Shown here piece by piece: positions 37,450-51,172 of a stretch of 64,000 nt of DNA. Numbering within the stretch: the first letter of the stretch is position 1; every line of letters begins with the position of its first letter. Made by a program: the position numbers and the translations under genes. Source of the DNA: Takakia lepidozioides (lineage: Eukaryota > Plantae > Bryophyta); assembly GCA_030704615.1 (NCBI GenBank), contig CM060732.1, forward strand, positions 77,376,001-77,440,000, written 5' to 3'. A model generated the notes under the pieces. It had not been told where the DNA came from. It did no database searches and was given only the letters and a program-made list of their open reading frames with translations.

Positions 37450-38310
37450 TGCGACCGCCAGCAGGGGTGGTCGCATCTTTTTTTCTTTTCTTTATTATGT
37501 GCGACCACCATCAGGGGGGCGGTCGCAAAATTTTTATTTTTTTTAATAGGTGCGACCACCAGCAGGGGGGTGGTCGCAGATTTTTTTATTTATTTTAATG
37601 GGTGCGACCACCAACAAGGGGTGGTCGCAGATTTTTTTATTTTTTTAATGGGTGCGACCACCAGCAGGGGGGTGGTCGCAGATTTTTTTATTTTTAATAG
37701 GTGCGACCACCAGCAGAGAGGTGGTCGCATAATTTTATTTTATTTAATAGGCGCGACCACTAGCAGAGGGGTGGTCGCAGAAATTTTGTTTAAAACAAAA
37801 AGGTGTGACCACCACCTGCTGGTGGTCGCACTATTTTCCTTTTCTTTAATAGATGCGACCACCACCAAGGGGGGGTCGTAGGGGGGTGGTTGCATAATTT
37901 TCCGATTTTTTAATATCTACCAACAGTCAGTAGCTCAGTTGGTTAAGTGCACTGAGTGCGACCCAGACGATTCTGGGGTCAAATCTTGATACTTGATGGG
38001 TGTGGTATGGTTCGTGTGTGGTGCCCCATTCCTACGCCTCTTGGCGCATAAATGAAAGAGGTTATTTTCTCCTCTCACTACTAAGGGGCCTGATTTGTGA
38101 GCTGTCGCTCCCAAGTGTTTCCCAAAAAATTAAAAAAATTAAATCTGCGACCACCAGCAGGGGTAATCAGTAAATCAGTAAATAGGTGCGACTACCAGCA
38201 AGGGGGGGTGGTCGCAACATATTTCTTTTATTTTAACAGTTGCGACGACTGCTACTGGTGGTCACACAATTGTTTTTTTTTAAATAGTACGACCACCAGG
38301 AGGTTGGTCC
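37450..38310. repeat. Array of palindromic units TGCGACCACC-N(6-9)-GGTGGTCGCA with AT-rich linkers (~52-60 bp period)
   Basis: About ten units, directly visible. Confidence 0.9.
37924..38143 (+). mobile_element. tRNA-derived SINE-like sequence inside the palindrome array
   Basis: A box TAGCTCAGTTGG (37931), degenerate B box GGGTCAAATC (37976), A-rich tail; no complete cloverleaf. Confidence 0.5.
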
Positions 38311-39575
38311 CCTTGCACCTGTATGTATGTTTGGAGAGGCAGATGAAAAACACATGTATCGACTCCCCATGGATTTGTGAAGGGGAAGATGAATGTTGAG
38401 AGCCGCACCTGGCCTTTGTGGCTTTCGAAACCATAATAGAAAATCAACAATGTAAAGGTAATGACGAAACACAATACACGCACAACCACCAAACCCTTTC
38501 TTGGGTACACATATTCCACCATTTTTATTTCCGTACACGTATGCATGTACCCAAACTGAAACATGGATATCCATGGAAACATACTACACATCATGTGACA
38601 GAAATTATAGTTGTACCTAATTCCGTCTGCCACGACGACGATGGTATGATCTCACGCCTAGTACAAAATCTTCGTCCCCACTCACTTCACCCCCGTTCCC
38701 ATGATCAGTGCTAGAATCATGATCTCCATCTGTTCTTTCGTTTCCAGAGGCAACTGGCCGTTGGACCTGTAGTCGTACTCGGAGTACGTTCAGTTGTCTC
38801 TCTGGTCGATTTCCACTCCTATCATGAATACCATCTAGGGTATCAGGCCTGTTCACAGGTCGGTTACCAACAAAAGGTTGCACAATTCTCTGCCGTTTCT
38901 GGGCTTGTCCCGGATTTCATGGTGGCCTTGGAGCAGGTTTCGTATGAGGAAGGCTACTCGCACATACATCAGAGGGGCCGATATGAGAGGAAGGGGCATG
39001 AGATGGTCCAGCGAGGATCGAGGGAGCACGGTTTACATGCGGACGTCGTCGGGCTAGATGAAACGACAATGGCCGGTCGTCGTCATCCGATGGTTCAACT
39101 TGCAGAAGTCCCGCAGCAGAAGAACCATCTCCCAGGATCGGAGTAGTGATGGAAGGAATTACATGAGGGGGAGATAGACTAAATGGACCAGCATGAGATG
39201 GACCGGCTTGAGAAAGAGAAACATGAGATGGAGCGGGATGAGATGAAGATGTCGGTGAAGGAATGACAACGGCCGGTTGTCATCATCCGACGATTCGACC
39301 TGCACATCTCCTGCAGTCCGTGGAACTCGTGGTGGGGGAGAGTTGACCTCAACTTCATTGTTGAGAGTGTGCTCCACTGGGGGAAGGGGGTCCGCAATTG
39401 GGATGACATCATGTCACAGTTCATCAACAACAAGGTCATCGAATGATGGATGCATTGCAGCATCATCGTCATTAAATTCATATGGGTCATGTGGAGAATT
39501 GCCCACATCATTGGACCCATCCCAACCGTCGGAGTCGGAGTCCCTCGCGACGTCAGTGTCATCATTGCTACTAAA

Positions 39576-41520
39576 TTAGACCTCTGAGGCAGATTCTTCA
39601 GACAACAGATTCTTCTCGTACCATGCAGATGCGTCACTTGCTCTCCTCTCTCGCAGTAGCCTACAATTTGTGTAAACATAAACCAATTTGTCAGCCCTGG
39701 CATGATTCAATCTGTTGTAAATCTTGTTGTGAACAAACGAGTAACTGCTCCAGTTCCGTTCACAGGACGTGGCAGAGCACACTTGAGCAAGAATACGCTT
39801 TGCAATGGGAGCTAACGTTCTTGCTCCAGCTCCAATCAGATCCCACCATTCATGTAGCAACATGTTCATTGCTTTTGGATCCGGTATGTCATGGAAATGA
39901 TTCTGCCGATCCGAGAAGCATTGGTATTCGGACAACACTCGCTCTGTCATGTTCAAGGGCGCGAGTTGCATGATGACCTGTACAAGCCCGGCTTTGGCAT
40001 CCACATCTTTTTTCAAATCCGTATTGTCCAGCAAGAATGGATTCAGCAAGGCCCCCGCATAATGCAAGTCTGTGCGAACCATCCGTTTACGGTCGTAAAA
40101 TGCATCATCGGTCCTTGTCACCAAATCATCGTCCATAGAAAATGGATGACGCCTCAAGGATTGCACGTGCGTCTCAAGGTTTTCCAATATCAACCATGTT
40201 TTACCCATTATTCGTTGTTTTCCATCAAACTCCCGCAAAGCAATCAATACCGGCTCCACCATGTACACAAAATTTGCACATTTCGCCCAGAAATCGTCGG
40301 AGCGAATGATTGCGCGGACCCTCCGACTTTTGCTCAAAGACTTGGACTTACGAGAGTCGCGTAAGGTGCCCACATACACATCCCATTGAGGGTCAATGAT
40401 CACCTGCTCCAGACCCACCCTCACAGTCATCAGTCGATCCACCATCAAAAAGTTTGTGGCAAAGCGGGTTTCACTCGGGTTCCTAAGGCTGTATTTGGGT
40501 TCATGCTTTCTAAACAATGTCAGAGGGATGTGATATGTACGAATGAACGTCACAACCGACTTTGCCTTTTTTACTAGTTGTTTCATCCACGATTCTTTTT
40601 CCCAATCCTCCAAAAGGAGATCAAAGATATGAGCAGCACACCCTTGGTAATATAGATGGGGATATCATACCATCAAAATATCGGCCATATTAACCATGTT
40701 AGATACATTGTCCGTGCACACTTGGACAATTTTATCAGCTCCAATTTTATCGATGAAACTCGTCAACAACCCTGCTTGATAATGTACATCTTTTCTCTCC
40801 CCGCTTGTGTCAACGGATCCCAAAAATTGTTCCCCCGCACGACAGACCAACATGACATTGAACAGTGGTCGATTAGTAACAGAACTCCAACCGTCAGCAC
40901 ATATAGTGCTTCCATATTTCCGGAGAGAATCACATGTCTTTTCATTCACCTTTTGGGTGAGGTCAGACATAGCCTCTTCTAGCAATCCTGTGTGGAAATC
41001 GCGATAACTCGGAGGTGTGTATGTGGACTTGGAATCGGACGTGGCTTTGATAGCAGCCACAAACGTATGAAGCCTCGAGACATTGAACGGAATATTGGCC
41101 TCGTAGAAAAATTGGGTCCATTTTTTATCCAGAGTCCTCCTGTGCGACAAATTTAAGCCTTCGTGCATTGATTGTTGCCTCAATGGTCTGGTCCGTACAA
41201 GTGCTGGCGTACAATCGGGTGTTGCTCCTGACCCACCGGCTTCTCCACGAACAGCAGACGCCTCGCAAAAATCCCCCAGGGTACAACTCTGAGGGACAGT
41301 TTGATTCGAACCTGGAATGTTTGGCTCAGAAGCCGCGGCCACATCAAGAGACGGTGGGATATTGCCTCCACATTGGGCAAAGTGGGCTTTCACTCGTATG
41401 GAGGCTTTTGGGCACAAACTAACCCCTGCACTCTTCCCATCTCTGTAGCCGAGATGATATAACATGCGATCTTTGCGACCCGCCAACTTCAATGCACAAA
41501 GATTGCATTGAACACCGTCC
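39576..41520 (-). mobile_element. hAT transposase (partial BED, DUF659, dimerisation domain), one frameshift near 40660
   Basis: CNLC...MLYH; ICADGWS; VCTDNV; CAAHIFDLLLED; ETRFATN; WWDLIG...SCERNWSSYSFVHNK. Confidence 0.92.
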
Positions 41521-41929
41521 TATTTGTGCGGGTCTATGGTGAACCAAGGGATCCACTCCTCCCTCATCCTCGCACCCAAAACCCTAACCACAGACTTAAG
41601 GTTGAACGAAGAACACTAGTGTACTTGGTAGATTTGACAAGAGCAATAGAAGTTAGAACAGAATGCGATGGCCCAACACTACGGCATCAATCCAAGTTGA
41701 TCAATGCACTATGTAATATTGTGCTTTTCGACAATTTGCTGCAGTGGCTCTGGTAGAAGCCACAACAGCAAACGGTCCGCACCTTCCTCTTGGGGTTACA
41801 CTCTTGCTCAAGGAATAGAGAACATCCATTCGTCACAAAAGAAGTGAGGGGCATTGGGACCACCTTATATACCCTCCAGCCTCTAGCCTCACACGCTTGA
41901 CGTATCAGATCCAATGCTGCGACCGCTCC

Positions 41930-42580
41930 AGGTCGCACGAGGAAGTCGCATGTTATGTTTTTTTAAAAACTGCTGCGACCACCCTCATGCTGGTGGTCGC
42001 ACCTTTAAAAAAATATATATATGCTGCGACCACCCCATGTGGTCACAGAGATTATTAAATAAATAAATAAATTGTTGCGACCACCCCCTGCTGGTGGTCG
42101 CACCTATTAAAAAATCAAAAAATTTCTGCGACCACCCCCCTGCTGGTGGTCGCACCTATTAAAAAAAAGAAAAATGCTGCGACCACCCCCATGGTCGTGG
42201 TCACAGAGAATATTTTTTAAAAACAAAACAAAACAAAAAATTGCGACCACCCCCCCTGCTGGTGGTCGCACCTATTTAAAAAACAGAAAAATGCTGCGAC
42301 CACCCCTATACTGGTGATCGCAGATATTAAAAAATAGAAAAATATTACGACCACCCCCCTGATGGTGGTCGCACCTATTACAAATAAAATAAAAATTGTG
42401 TCATCACCAGTAGCGGTGGTCGCAACTGTTTAAGAAAAGAAAAAAATGCGACCATCCCTGCTAGTGGTCGCATTTATTTTTAAAAAACAAAAAATGCTGC
42501 AACAACCCCTCTGCTGGTGGTCGCAACTATTAAAAATTAAGATAAATTCTGCGACCACCACCATTTGGAGGTCGCACCAA
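41930..42580. repeat. Second palindrome array, inverted relative to 37450-38310
   Basis: TGCGACCACCCCCCTGCTGGTGGTCGCA units with A-rich linkers. Confidence 0.9.
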
Positions 42581-45039
42581 TTTAACAATAATGATTTAAA
42601 AATGACCTCAACTATTGGCGGATGGAATAATTTATAAAACAATTCATTCACTTGCCAAGGTGTCGCTTGGAATACAACGTGTCCACCTACGTGACATATT
42701 TTTCACCTAACTCATGTTTTACTGATTTTTCGGCAAAACTGACGTGACGTTGGTTGTGTCAACGTCAGGTCCGACGTGACGTGACGTCAGTGACGTGTGC
42801 AACCCTGGCGTCGGCTGCCATTTTGGTGAACCACCCCCAAATAGGACCTAGCCTCATTGGTGAGGTTGTATCTGGCACTGACCATCCATCCACCAAAATG
42901 AACCTTACCAGTATTTATCTACCTACTACATCTAACTACTCACAAAATTTTGGAAGCATTGACCATAAAAAATAGCAGATTATAGCAAAAATCTATGGTG
43001 AAATCTATAACTCCACATAAAAATTGATGAATAAATTCCCTTTGATCAAGGTGACTTGCTGATTTGATAATTTTCTTGAGGCACGGACCTCCACATTCAT
43101 AAAGCAAAGAGGGTTACAGGTGTGATTTCCCAGTTTGAGGATCAAATGTTGAAAATTTGAAGTAGTTCTTTTGTACGTCCAATTAGGGGGGTAGAATGGA
43201 TATTCCCATGAATAGAGAGATAAAAAACTTCATAGAAGCTAGAGTTTTAAGCACAATGGAAATTCCTCTGGTGCACTCCTTCATTGCAAGAAGATAAATA
43301 TGAATGTAAAAAAATTTAAGAAAATTTCAAAACACATTTGTGGATGTCATTTTCTATGTGTCATAAGCATTTTCAGGCGAGGCTAATCTAAACGACCGGC
43401 TGGACATTTCTGGCAGGCTCTTTGGTGGGCCACCTGGGTGGCCAAGCCACGTGGCCATTTCTGGCTGCCACGTACTGTGGTCAATTGCCGGGGCTACCCC
43501 ACAGCCATGCAAATTACTGATCCACATGCAGATTATGTCTATTTTTGGCAGATTCGTTTTACTATATAGGTGCACATTAGTGCGTTGGAATCCTTACTTG
43601 TAGGTGCATCTTTTTCATTCAAGACCTAACTTCATCAGACTTCATCTGCAACTGGAAGGACCAGTGCAATAAAGGAACTGAGCCAAACCAACCCAATTTG
43701 GGTCGGTCTGGCATTTAAGGGTTAAGAAAAAAAAATAAGGACCGCTAGGCCATTGTTCAATGTTTGCAGTTGGCTGGCTGTCAAATAGTCGGATCGCAAT
43801 CCGTAATCAAATAGTCGTCTCGTATGTTGAAACAGAGTTGATCTGTTGCTATTGATACGAGATTGACAGCTTAACATGCTATCAATGTAGCTTCATACGG
43901 TCATTTTGATGCCAGAGCTCTTCTCCACGGTCATCTCAGATAATTCTTAAATCCTAAGTGTTTTACCAGCGATTCCCAAAAACCTAACAGATTTTCCTAT
44001 TTTAGCATTGCAATTCTAAAACTGCTTGCCTTAAGATAAAAAACGATCGAAAAAAAAAATGACCTATATATGTATTTACACTTTCATCTCTTGTTGGAAG
44101 CTATCAAACCCTAGTGGATGAGGTTAATAGTTCACCTCTCATTGGGGTTTGCTGCTTACTACCTCTACTCTCTTCTAGGGGCTCACATCACTCAAGTAAG
44201 ATAACACTTTTTTTTTTGAAGTATTTCTTTTTTTACTTCATAAAATGGCGCTTGGCCTAAATGAACTTGATCTCTTGAGCATTCGAAATCGTGCTTCAGT
44301 GAGGACGACCACCTCAAGCGCGTACTCACCATTACACGAGATGGTGTCAAACTTCCGTGACATGTGGTATCATCCTGAGAACCAACCGCCATTAAAATTG
44401 TATGAGTTCTTTGAAAGGGAACTCCTCATGCGGACATGCAATACTTTGGCTCCGACTTCCAATTGCTTCAACGTTGTCCACGGAGGGTTAAGGCATCTCA
44501 TATAGACCTCAAACTAACCTCCTACAATCTGCCTACACGATTTAACCTCAAGTGCTAAACCAATCTCAGCCCATGCTATGTGAACTTCTAAACCATAGAA
44601 ATGTGTATACTTAATCACCATATATTGGTTTTCTAATAAGTAAATGTTCTCTCCCAAGTTGTTGACTATTGCGTCTACATGAAGTAATCTGAAAGGCATT
44701 TCACAAAGGCTCTGTCGACTGACTGACGGCTAACCCCTATCTCATAGCTCATGTATGTCATATACAATTCATTGTTGATGTGAACCATGATTGACAAAAG
44801 ATAATTTACTAGAAGGACCAAACAAATTGATCAGAGGTGTGAACGGTTGACAGACAACTGTGTCTAACAAACAAAGACCAAACAAATGGATTGATTTGCC
44901 AAAATACATGGTATGGGCTCCCAGTATAATTTTGTAAAGCGACAAACATCGCTTTAGTACATGTAGAGTATTTTCCGCAAGTGCATTAAGAATGTCATGT
45001 GCAACCTCTCACTCCATATGAGAATGACTTGAACCATAA

Positions 45040-48000
45040 AACTGCCACTGGCGGTCGCATGTGTTTTCTTTTTTTTTAAATGCATACGACTGCAATAGTT
45101 ATATGTTTTTTTTTTAAAAAAAATACGTGGGACCGCAAATATTGGTGGTCGAATGTTTTTTTTTTTTTTTTTTCAAAATGTGTGCGACCGCCAGTATTGG
45201 TAGTCGCATGCTTTTTATTTATTTTAAATATGTGCGACCACCATATGGACGGCCGCATGTTTTTTCTCTTTTTGAAAAATGCCTACGACTGTCAATATTG
45301 ACGGTAACTTATGTTTTTTTTTTTTTATAAATTTTAAATGCGTGCAATGTTCGCCAATATGGGCGGTTGCATATACATATATTTTTTTGAAAATACATGC
45401 GACTCCCACTATTGACGGTCGTATGCATTATTATTATTATTATTATTATTCTAATGCATGCGACCAATAATTTTTTTCTTGAAAATATTTACGATCGCCA
45501 ATATTGACAGTCGTAGCATTTCAAATTGGTGGTCGCATGCTTAACAAATAAAAAGTAATATGGTGACCGCCAATATTGGCGGTCACATGTATTAAGAAAA
45601 AATTAAAATATTGCTAGAGACAGTAAGAAATCAAGTGAGACGGTGGGGGGGAAGGGAGTGAATGTGACGATGAAGCGGATAAAGTTAAAACAAGTAGAAT
45701 CTCATAGGGGCCGGACACTTTCGTGTTAGCTGTAAACTCTACAAACACAGTCTAAGTTTTTCTTTCTTTCTCGCAAACTATCCATCTGAGAATGAAGCAG
45801 GGACAATACGCTTTTGAAGGGCTCTCACCAAATTTTGTAAACCCCACTTTATAAGGTCAATATCTGTAGGACTATGCAAGTAACTGTAACCATTTTATTG
45901 AACAAGGGCCCAAACAATTTGCCCACTTCTTCTTCAGTGGCGGTCATATGCATTTAGAAAAACAATGGAAAAATAAAAAATTATTTTTTTTCTTTTTTGA
46001 TTTTTTGGAAATGCGTGCAACCCCACTATTGGCGATCGTATGCATTCCAAAAAACAATGTTGCAACCACCAATATTGGTGGTAGCATGCATTTTAAAAAA
46101 ACTAAATGTTGCGACCGCCAGTATTGGTGGTCGTATGTATGTGACTGCCAATATTGATAGTCGCATGTATTAAAAACATTAAAGTATTGCAACCGCCAAT
46201 ATTGACGATCCCATATATATATATATATTAAATACAGTAAAATTTTATCCACATCGTCAGTTCACTTGGGTCGTCACCTCCGTATCCATGATAAATAATC
46301 TATATTAAATATGAAAAAAATAATTACACATAGTAACGTCTGATTTGGATGTAATGTGACGTACGTCGCACGTCGCATGTATTGCTGACATCCCATGTAT
46401 TGTCCTTCAATGCAAGCCAAAACCTCTAAGAAGTTTAATATTGCTTCTGTAAATGTCAATCGAGTTTCAACATTGTATTTGACTTTAGCTAACCATCATA
46501 ACATCATCTCTATGTTAATTGATACATTCTACTTCATATCAAGCTGATTGTAGTGCTCACTTCAGAATGATCATAATCTATATGCTTTACTGCAAGAAGA
46601 AACGTAAGCTGGTACCAAAAAAATTGAGAGAGATGACTATGCGCTACCACTCGTCTTATCCCTGACTTGATCATAAACTTGGTCTTATCTATGCCGCCAC
46701 TGCACGTGATCATTTAATAACTAGACCCCACAACTTAATCAGCTGCAACCTTAGGCTTGAAGACTTAGTGGCCACCGGGTATTATTTCCCTCTGTGCCAC
46801 AGGCATGGTTGTTGCTAAATACATCTTAAGTCGAATCAATGTCCTCAAAACCAAGGAGTGTACCTCCTTCTATCCACCATTTATCTTAGTGTCGCCTAGC
46901 TAATATTATTGTGGCCACTCTACCCACTAAATCACCGCTGAGTCATTTGTCTTGTTTCTACATTATCATCCATATGTAATGAATAATCAACTTTTTCATT
47001 GGTGCTTTCATCGCCCTGTCATCCTGCTAGCTCGTCATCTATCCATTAATGTCAATTAGTGATTTCATCCTTGCTTGTCATCCAATTTTTCCACCATCCA
47101 TCCGTCGATCCAAATTTGTCAATTTCATCCTGTTAACTCCAATGATAAATCGTGATTTCATCCAGCTAGTCCGCCATCGTTCCTTGAGCACAAAACCCCA
47201 ATTTCCTTGTCTTGCCCATGTTCTCCCGTGTTTCTCTCATCACCTCCCTTCGACCTACAGTTGCATGCTTTTTCATTATTTTTTAAGTGCATGTGACCAC
47301 CAATATGGGAGGTCGCATGGTCGCATGTTTTTTAACAAAAAAATAATGCCTACGACCGTCAATATTGGCGATCATTTACGTTGTTGTTTTTTTTTTTTTT
47401 GGATTAAATAAATTTAATTATTTAAAATGCGTGTAATTGCCAATATGGGCGGTTGCATGTTTGATTTTTTTTTAAAACAATGTCTGCGATCGCCTCGTAC
47501 GCATTATTATTATTATTATTATTATTATGACTGTGACTGATTTTTTTTTTTTTTTGAAAATGTCTGTGAATACTAATACTGGCGGTCGCAGCATTTCAAT
47601 TTTTTGATGCGACCGCCAATATGCATGTTTTTTGCTTTAAAAAATGAAAATGTTGCGACCGTCAATATTGACGGTCCCATATATTTTTTGTTTTAATTAT
47701 TTTTAAAAACAGTAAAAATTTATCCACGTGGTCAATCCACCTGGGCCACCATATCGGTATCCAAGATAAATAGTCAATAATAAAGATATAAAATAAAACT
47801 TAATTAGACATGATGACGTCCGTTTCGGCGTGACGTGAAAAAATTGGATGTAACGCTGACGTGCTAGTGCCACGTGATCATATTTATTTATTTTTTAAAT
47901 ACAGTAAATTTTTATCCACGTGGTTAGTTCACATGGGCCGCAATCTCGGTATCCAAGATAAATAGTCAATAATAAAGATGTAAAGTAAAAATAATAATTA

Positions 48001-48060
48001 CATATAATAATGTCCGTTTCGGACGTGAAGTGACGTGATGCTGACGTGCTAGCGCTAGAT
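45040..48060. repeat. Related palindrome arrays (TGCGACCGCCAATATTGGCGGTCGCA type) at 45040-45590, 45935-46210 and 47290-47680, plus three ~150-bp units at ~46230, ~47710 and ~47900; non-autonomous transposon-like
   Basis: Directly visible repeats; the 150-bp units share acagtaaa...tatccac...tatcca.gataaata and TGACGT-rich ends. Confidence 0.8.
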
Positions 48061-49335
48061 TCACAACTGGGAATGTAGTTGTCACCTTCGATACTATTTT
48101 TGTCAATTGTATGGAGCCCACCACAATTTTCCAAATTGACCCGCTAACACATAACAATAAACCAAAAATAAATCTTATGTATAATAAAATAGTACCTAGT
48201 CAAAATATTAAAGGACTAGGTATCACACTCGTATTCAATATGAGGGTTAGTTATATGACAATAGATAACTCCATTGTTATTGTATATTGTAACTCCATTG
48301 TTAATTTATTGTCTAGTGATATTTAACCCCTAAACGACGAGACGACCCAAATTGGGTCGCTGGAGGGTCGCCTTGCTTTTTCATCCATCTGCAGCTCGTT
48401 GGATGAAGTCCAATGAAGTCGCGGGCCGAATGATAATAGTAATAATCAAACTTTGGGGCATTTGATTGAAAATTATTAAAGATTTTATCATTTTTATTTA
48501 TTTACTTTTCATTAAAACTTTATTTATCCTAAACCTTATATCCTCAAACCTCATGTCCATTTTGAAAAAACAATTCTGAGCTTTGAAGTAGAAGAGATTG
48601 ATTGTCAGATTATTTGATGAAGGTTTTTTTAAGTTTTATAGGTTATATATATAATTCTTCTATTTTTTTTTATTTTTTTTTCATTGATACTTTTGCAACC
48701 ATGAACTTTGAAAAGCTATAGATTGGTTGAGATAATTGATTGAAAAAATTTCTAGGTTTTATATACACTCTTTCATATATATATATTTTATCTACTCTTA
48801 TTTATCATAAACCTAATACCCTTAAATCGCATGTCCATGTTTGAAGCTCAATGTTTAAAATACAAACTCGAACTTTGGGGTATAATATATTGATTGTCAA
48901 ATTTGATTGAAAGTTTTTAGAGGTTTCATATACTTTTCCATATTTTTTAATTCCATTGATATTTTTGCTTATCCTAAACCCTATACTTTAGAATCTTATA
49001 TATCAATGTTTGAAGCTCATTCAAACAACCAGATTCCAGCTTTGGGGTACGATATTAGAGTTGTTCAGATATTAGATTGTTTAATTTTTATAGGTCTCAA
49101 ATATTCTTCCATATTTGTTTTCCTTGATAATTTTGTTTACCCTAAACCCTATGTTCTACAATATAACTCCAATGTTTGAAGCTCAATTAATTTTAGTTCC
49201 CACTTTTGTGGTAGGATAGGGAGATGTGGACAATACATGTAAATAATATGTGTGGGATTGCGCATGTTTTGAAATTTCTTATAGGTGGATTAAACTTTCT
49301 TTCATATTTAATTTTCGTTGATATTTTGGTTCAGA

Positions 49336-51050
49336 CCAGTATTGTGCGGGTCCTGCCTTTCTAAGGAACCCGCCGGTTCCGGGTTCCGGGTTTTTTTGTG
49401 GAGCCTAATCCGGGTTCGGATCCGGGTTTTCGAAATTTGGAAAATCCGGGTCCGGGTTCGGGTCCGGGTTCGGGTCCGGGTTCGGGTCCGAGTATTTGAA
49501 CATGGAGTCGGGTTTGGGTTCGGGTAGTTGCTGGAAAATATTGACGTGTTCACGGGTTCAGGTCCGCGTCCTAATTAGTTGAGTAAATAAAATAAAAATG
49601 GAATTAATTAGATATAACTGTTTTTTGGTTGAAAAAAAAAACTAGATCCTAATGGTGAATTTTGTTTTTAAAACATGTTCCTTCAAGATTACCATGCGAA
49701 TATATAGCTCCTTCGTATGCTACCCACATGATGATACAAGAATTAAAATAGAATCCATCATTCAATTTCAATTCTTAGACATGTACATAAATGCAATATG
49801 CCTGAAACTCATAGACTACTATAGGAAGGAGAGAAAATTCATTCTTTCTAAAAAGGTCCAGCTTCTACAATCAAATCCTCGTTCTCAGTTATGAGGATCT
49901 CTTATGTATCCAGAAGTCTTTCATGGAAATACTTATCATTTGGCCAATTCTTATAGATGTTTACAAGCATGTCCAAATTGTCAATGCCCAATTTGTATCT
50001 CTTCAAATTCGTGATGTTCTTACAAAGCTGAAAACCCTTTCTGCCTTAATTTGTGAGCCAACAACCCCGAACACTATTCGCGCCAAATACCCCACATATG
50101 GAAATTCGGCTTCATGCTCCTTCCACCATGTCAAAGGAGCTACGGAATCTGCTTCACTCACAGCTCTCATTCTGAAATGCATCATTTGTTCTTTTATCAC
50201 TGAAAGTGCTACCTCAGAATTGGGTCTTTGTATTGCAAACAAAGACATGTCCTCCACGACAGATGGACAGTCTTCATCATCCATGGACTGAGGGTTCAGG
50301 ATGTTGAAGCATTTCACAAGAAGAAGAAACAACATCCTGGTGTCATACTCATAGTGCATCCGCATCCCGTGGTCTTTTCCAACATACTGAGCCAGCAATG
50401 ACAATCTTTTGAAATGAGGATCAACCATGAGACAAAGCATGTTGTGAGCTCTACGCGCCTAGTAGGTTTTCATAAAAAACAAAAATGGCTCCAACACTCT
50501 CACCACCTCTTTCTTCATCCGCCATTCCAACAATTCTATCTAGTTCTGTCTCAATCTCAACCATGCGCTCACCGACATGGCCTCATATATTGGCTCTTTT
50601 CTTGGTTGGTTTCATATATTTCTTGGTTGGTATGCTGTTGGTTGGCTTCTTTCATTTCACGTGTGTAGTGGAAGGGGAGAAGTATTTTCCTAAGTTCTGC
50701 TGCAACAATGTCTTTTTCCAGCCTAGATGTTCTCATGGATACAAATTGAAGTGCTTTGAATGTTGCTGCAATACTATAATAAAGTGGAGGGTGCTGAATG
50801 CAGTTGGCCTTGCTTCGTGCAAGCATAATCCAGGGAAATGTGGACATAGCTGAAACCCCATGATAGCATTTCCAGAGGATGGTGTGGATGGCCTCACAAT
50901 CCAGCATGCAAAATCTATGGCAATGTGGAGATGGCTGAATGGGCAAACAGGTTAAGTGGCGAACAAGCCACGTCACTGGTACATACTTACATAGTACAAG
51001 TGTACTATATGTCATTCCCGAAAATGACCATGTTGGTCCATAACTCAATC
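49336..51050 (-). mobile_element. hAT remnant with a CGGGTT/CGGGTC subterminal hexamer array (49370-49570)
   Basis: LMVDPHFK...LTWWKEHEAEFP...GVVGSQIKAERVFS (hAT dimerisation domain); candidate terminus CCAGTATTG at 49336. Confidence 0.8.
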
Positions 51051-51064
51051 CCCGTAAGTAGCTT

Positions 51065-51172
51065 GTGCGTGATGCTCAAACTTGTGATTTGAAGGATCTT
51101 ATACCCAAGTTCATTACAGAGGTGATTGGAAAAGACATTGAGAAGGCAACAGCCAGTATCTATCCTCTACAG
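51065..51172 (+). pseudogene. RPS3A: Isolated 36-codon fragment of 40S ribosomal protein S3a (eS1)
   Basis: [36 protein letters not shown]. Confidence 0.85.

Noticed and set aside
37183-37881. 232-aa ORF with repeated GATTSRGVVA
   Set aside because: Translation artefact of the palindrome array.
38076-38090. CACTA motif as an En/Spm terminus
   Set aside because: Lies inside the SINE-like sequence; no matching TAGTG end or CACTA transposase found.
37450-42580. Palindromic repeats with spacers as a CRISPR array
   Set aside because: Spacers are homologous AT-rich tracts, repeats vary, there are no cas genes, and the context is plant transposon DNA.
49308-49553. RT/RV dipeptide-repeat ORFs
   Set aside because: Artefact of the hAT subterminal hexamer repeat.
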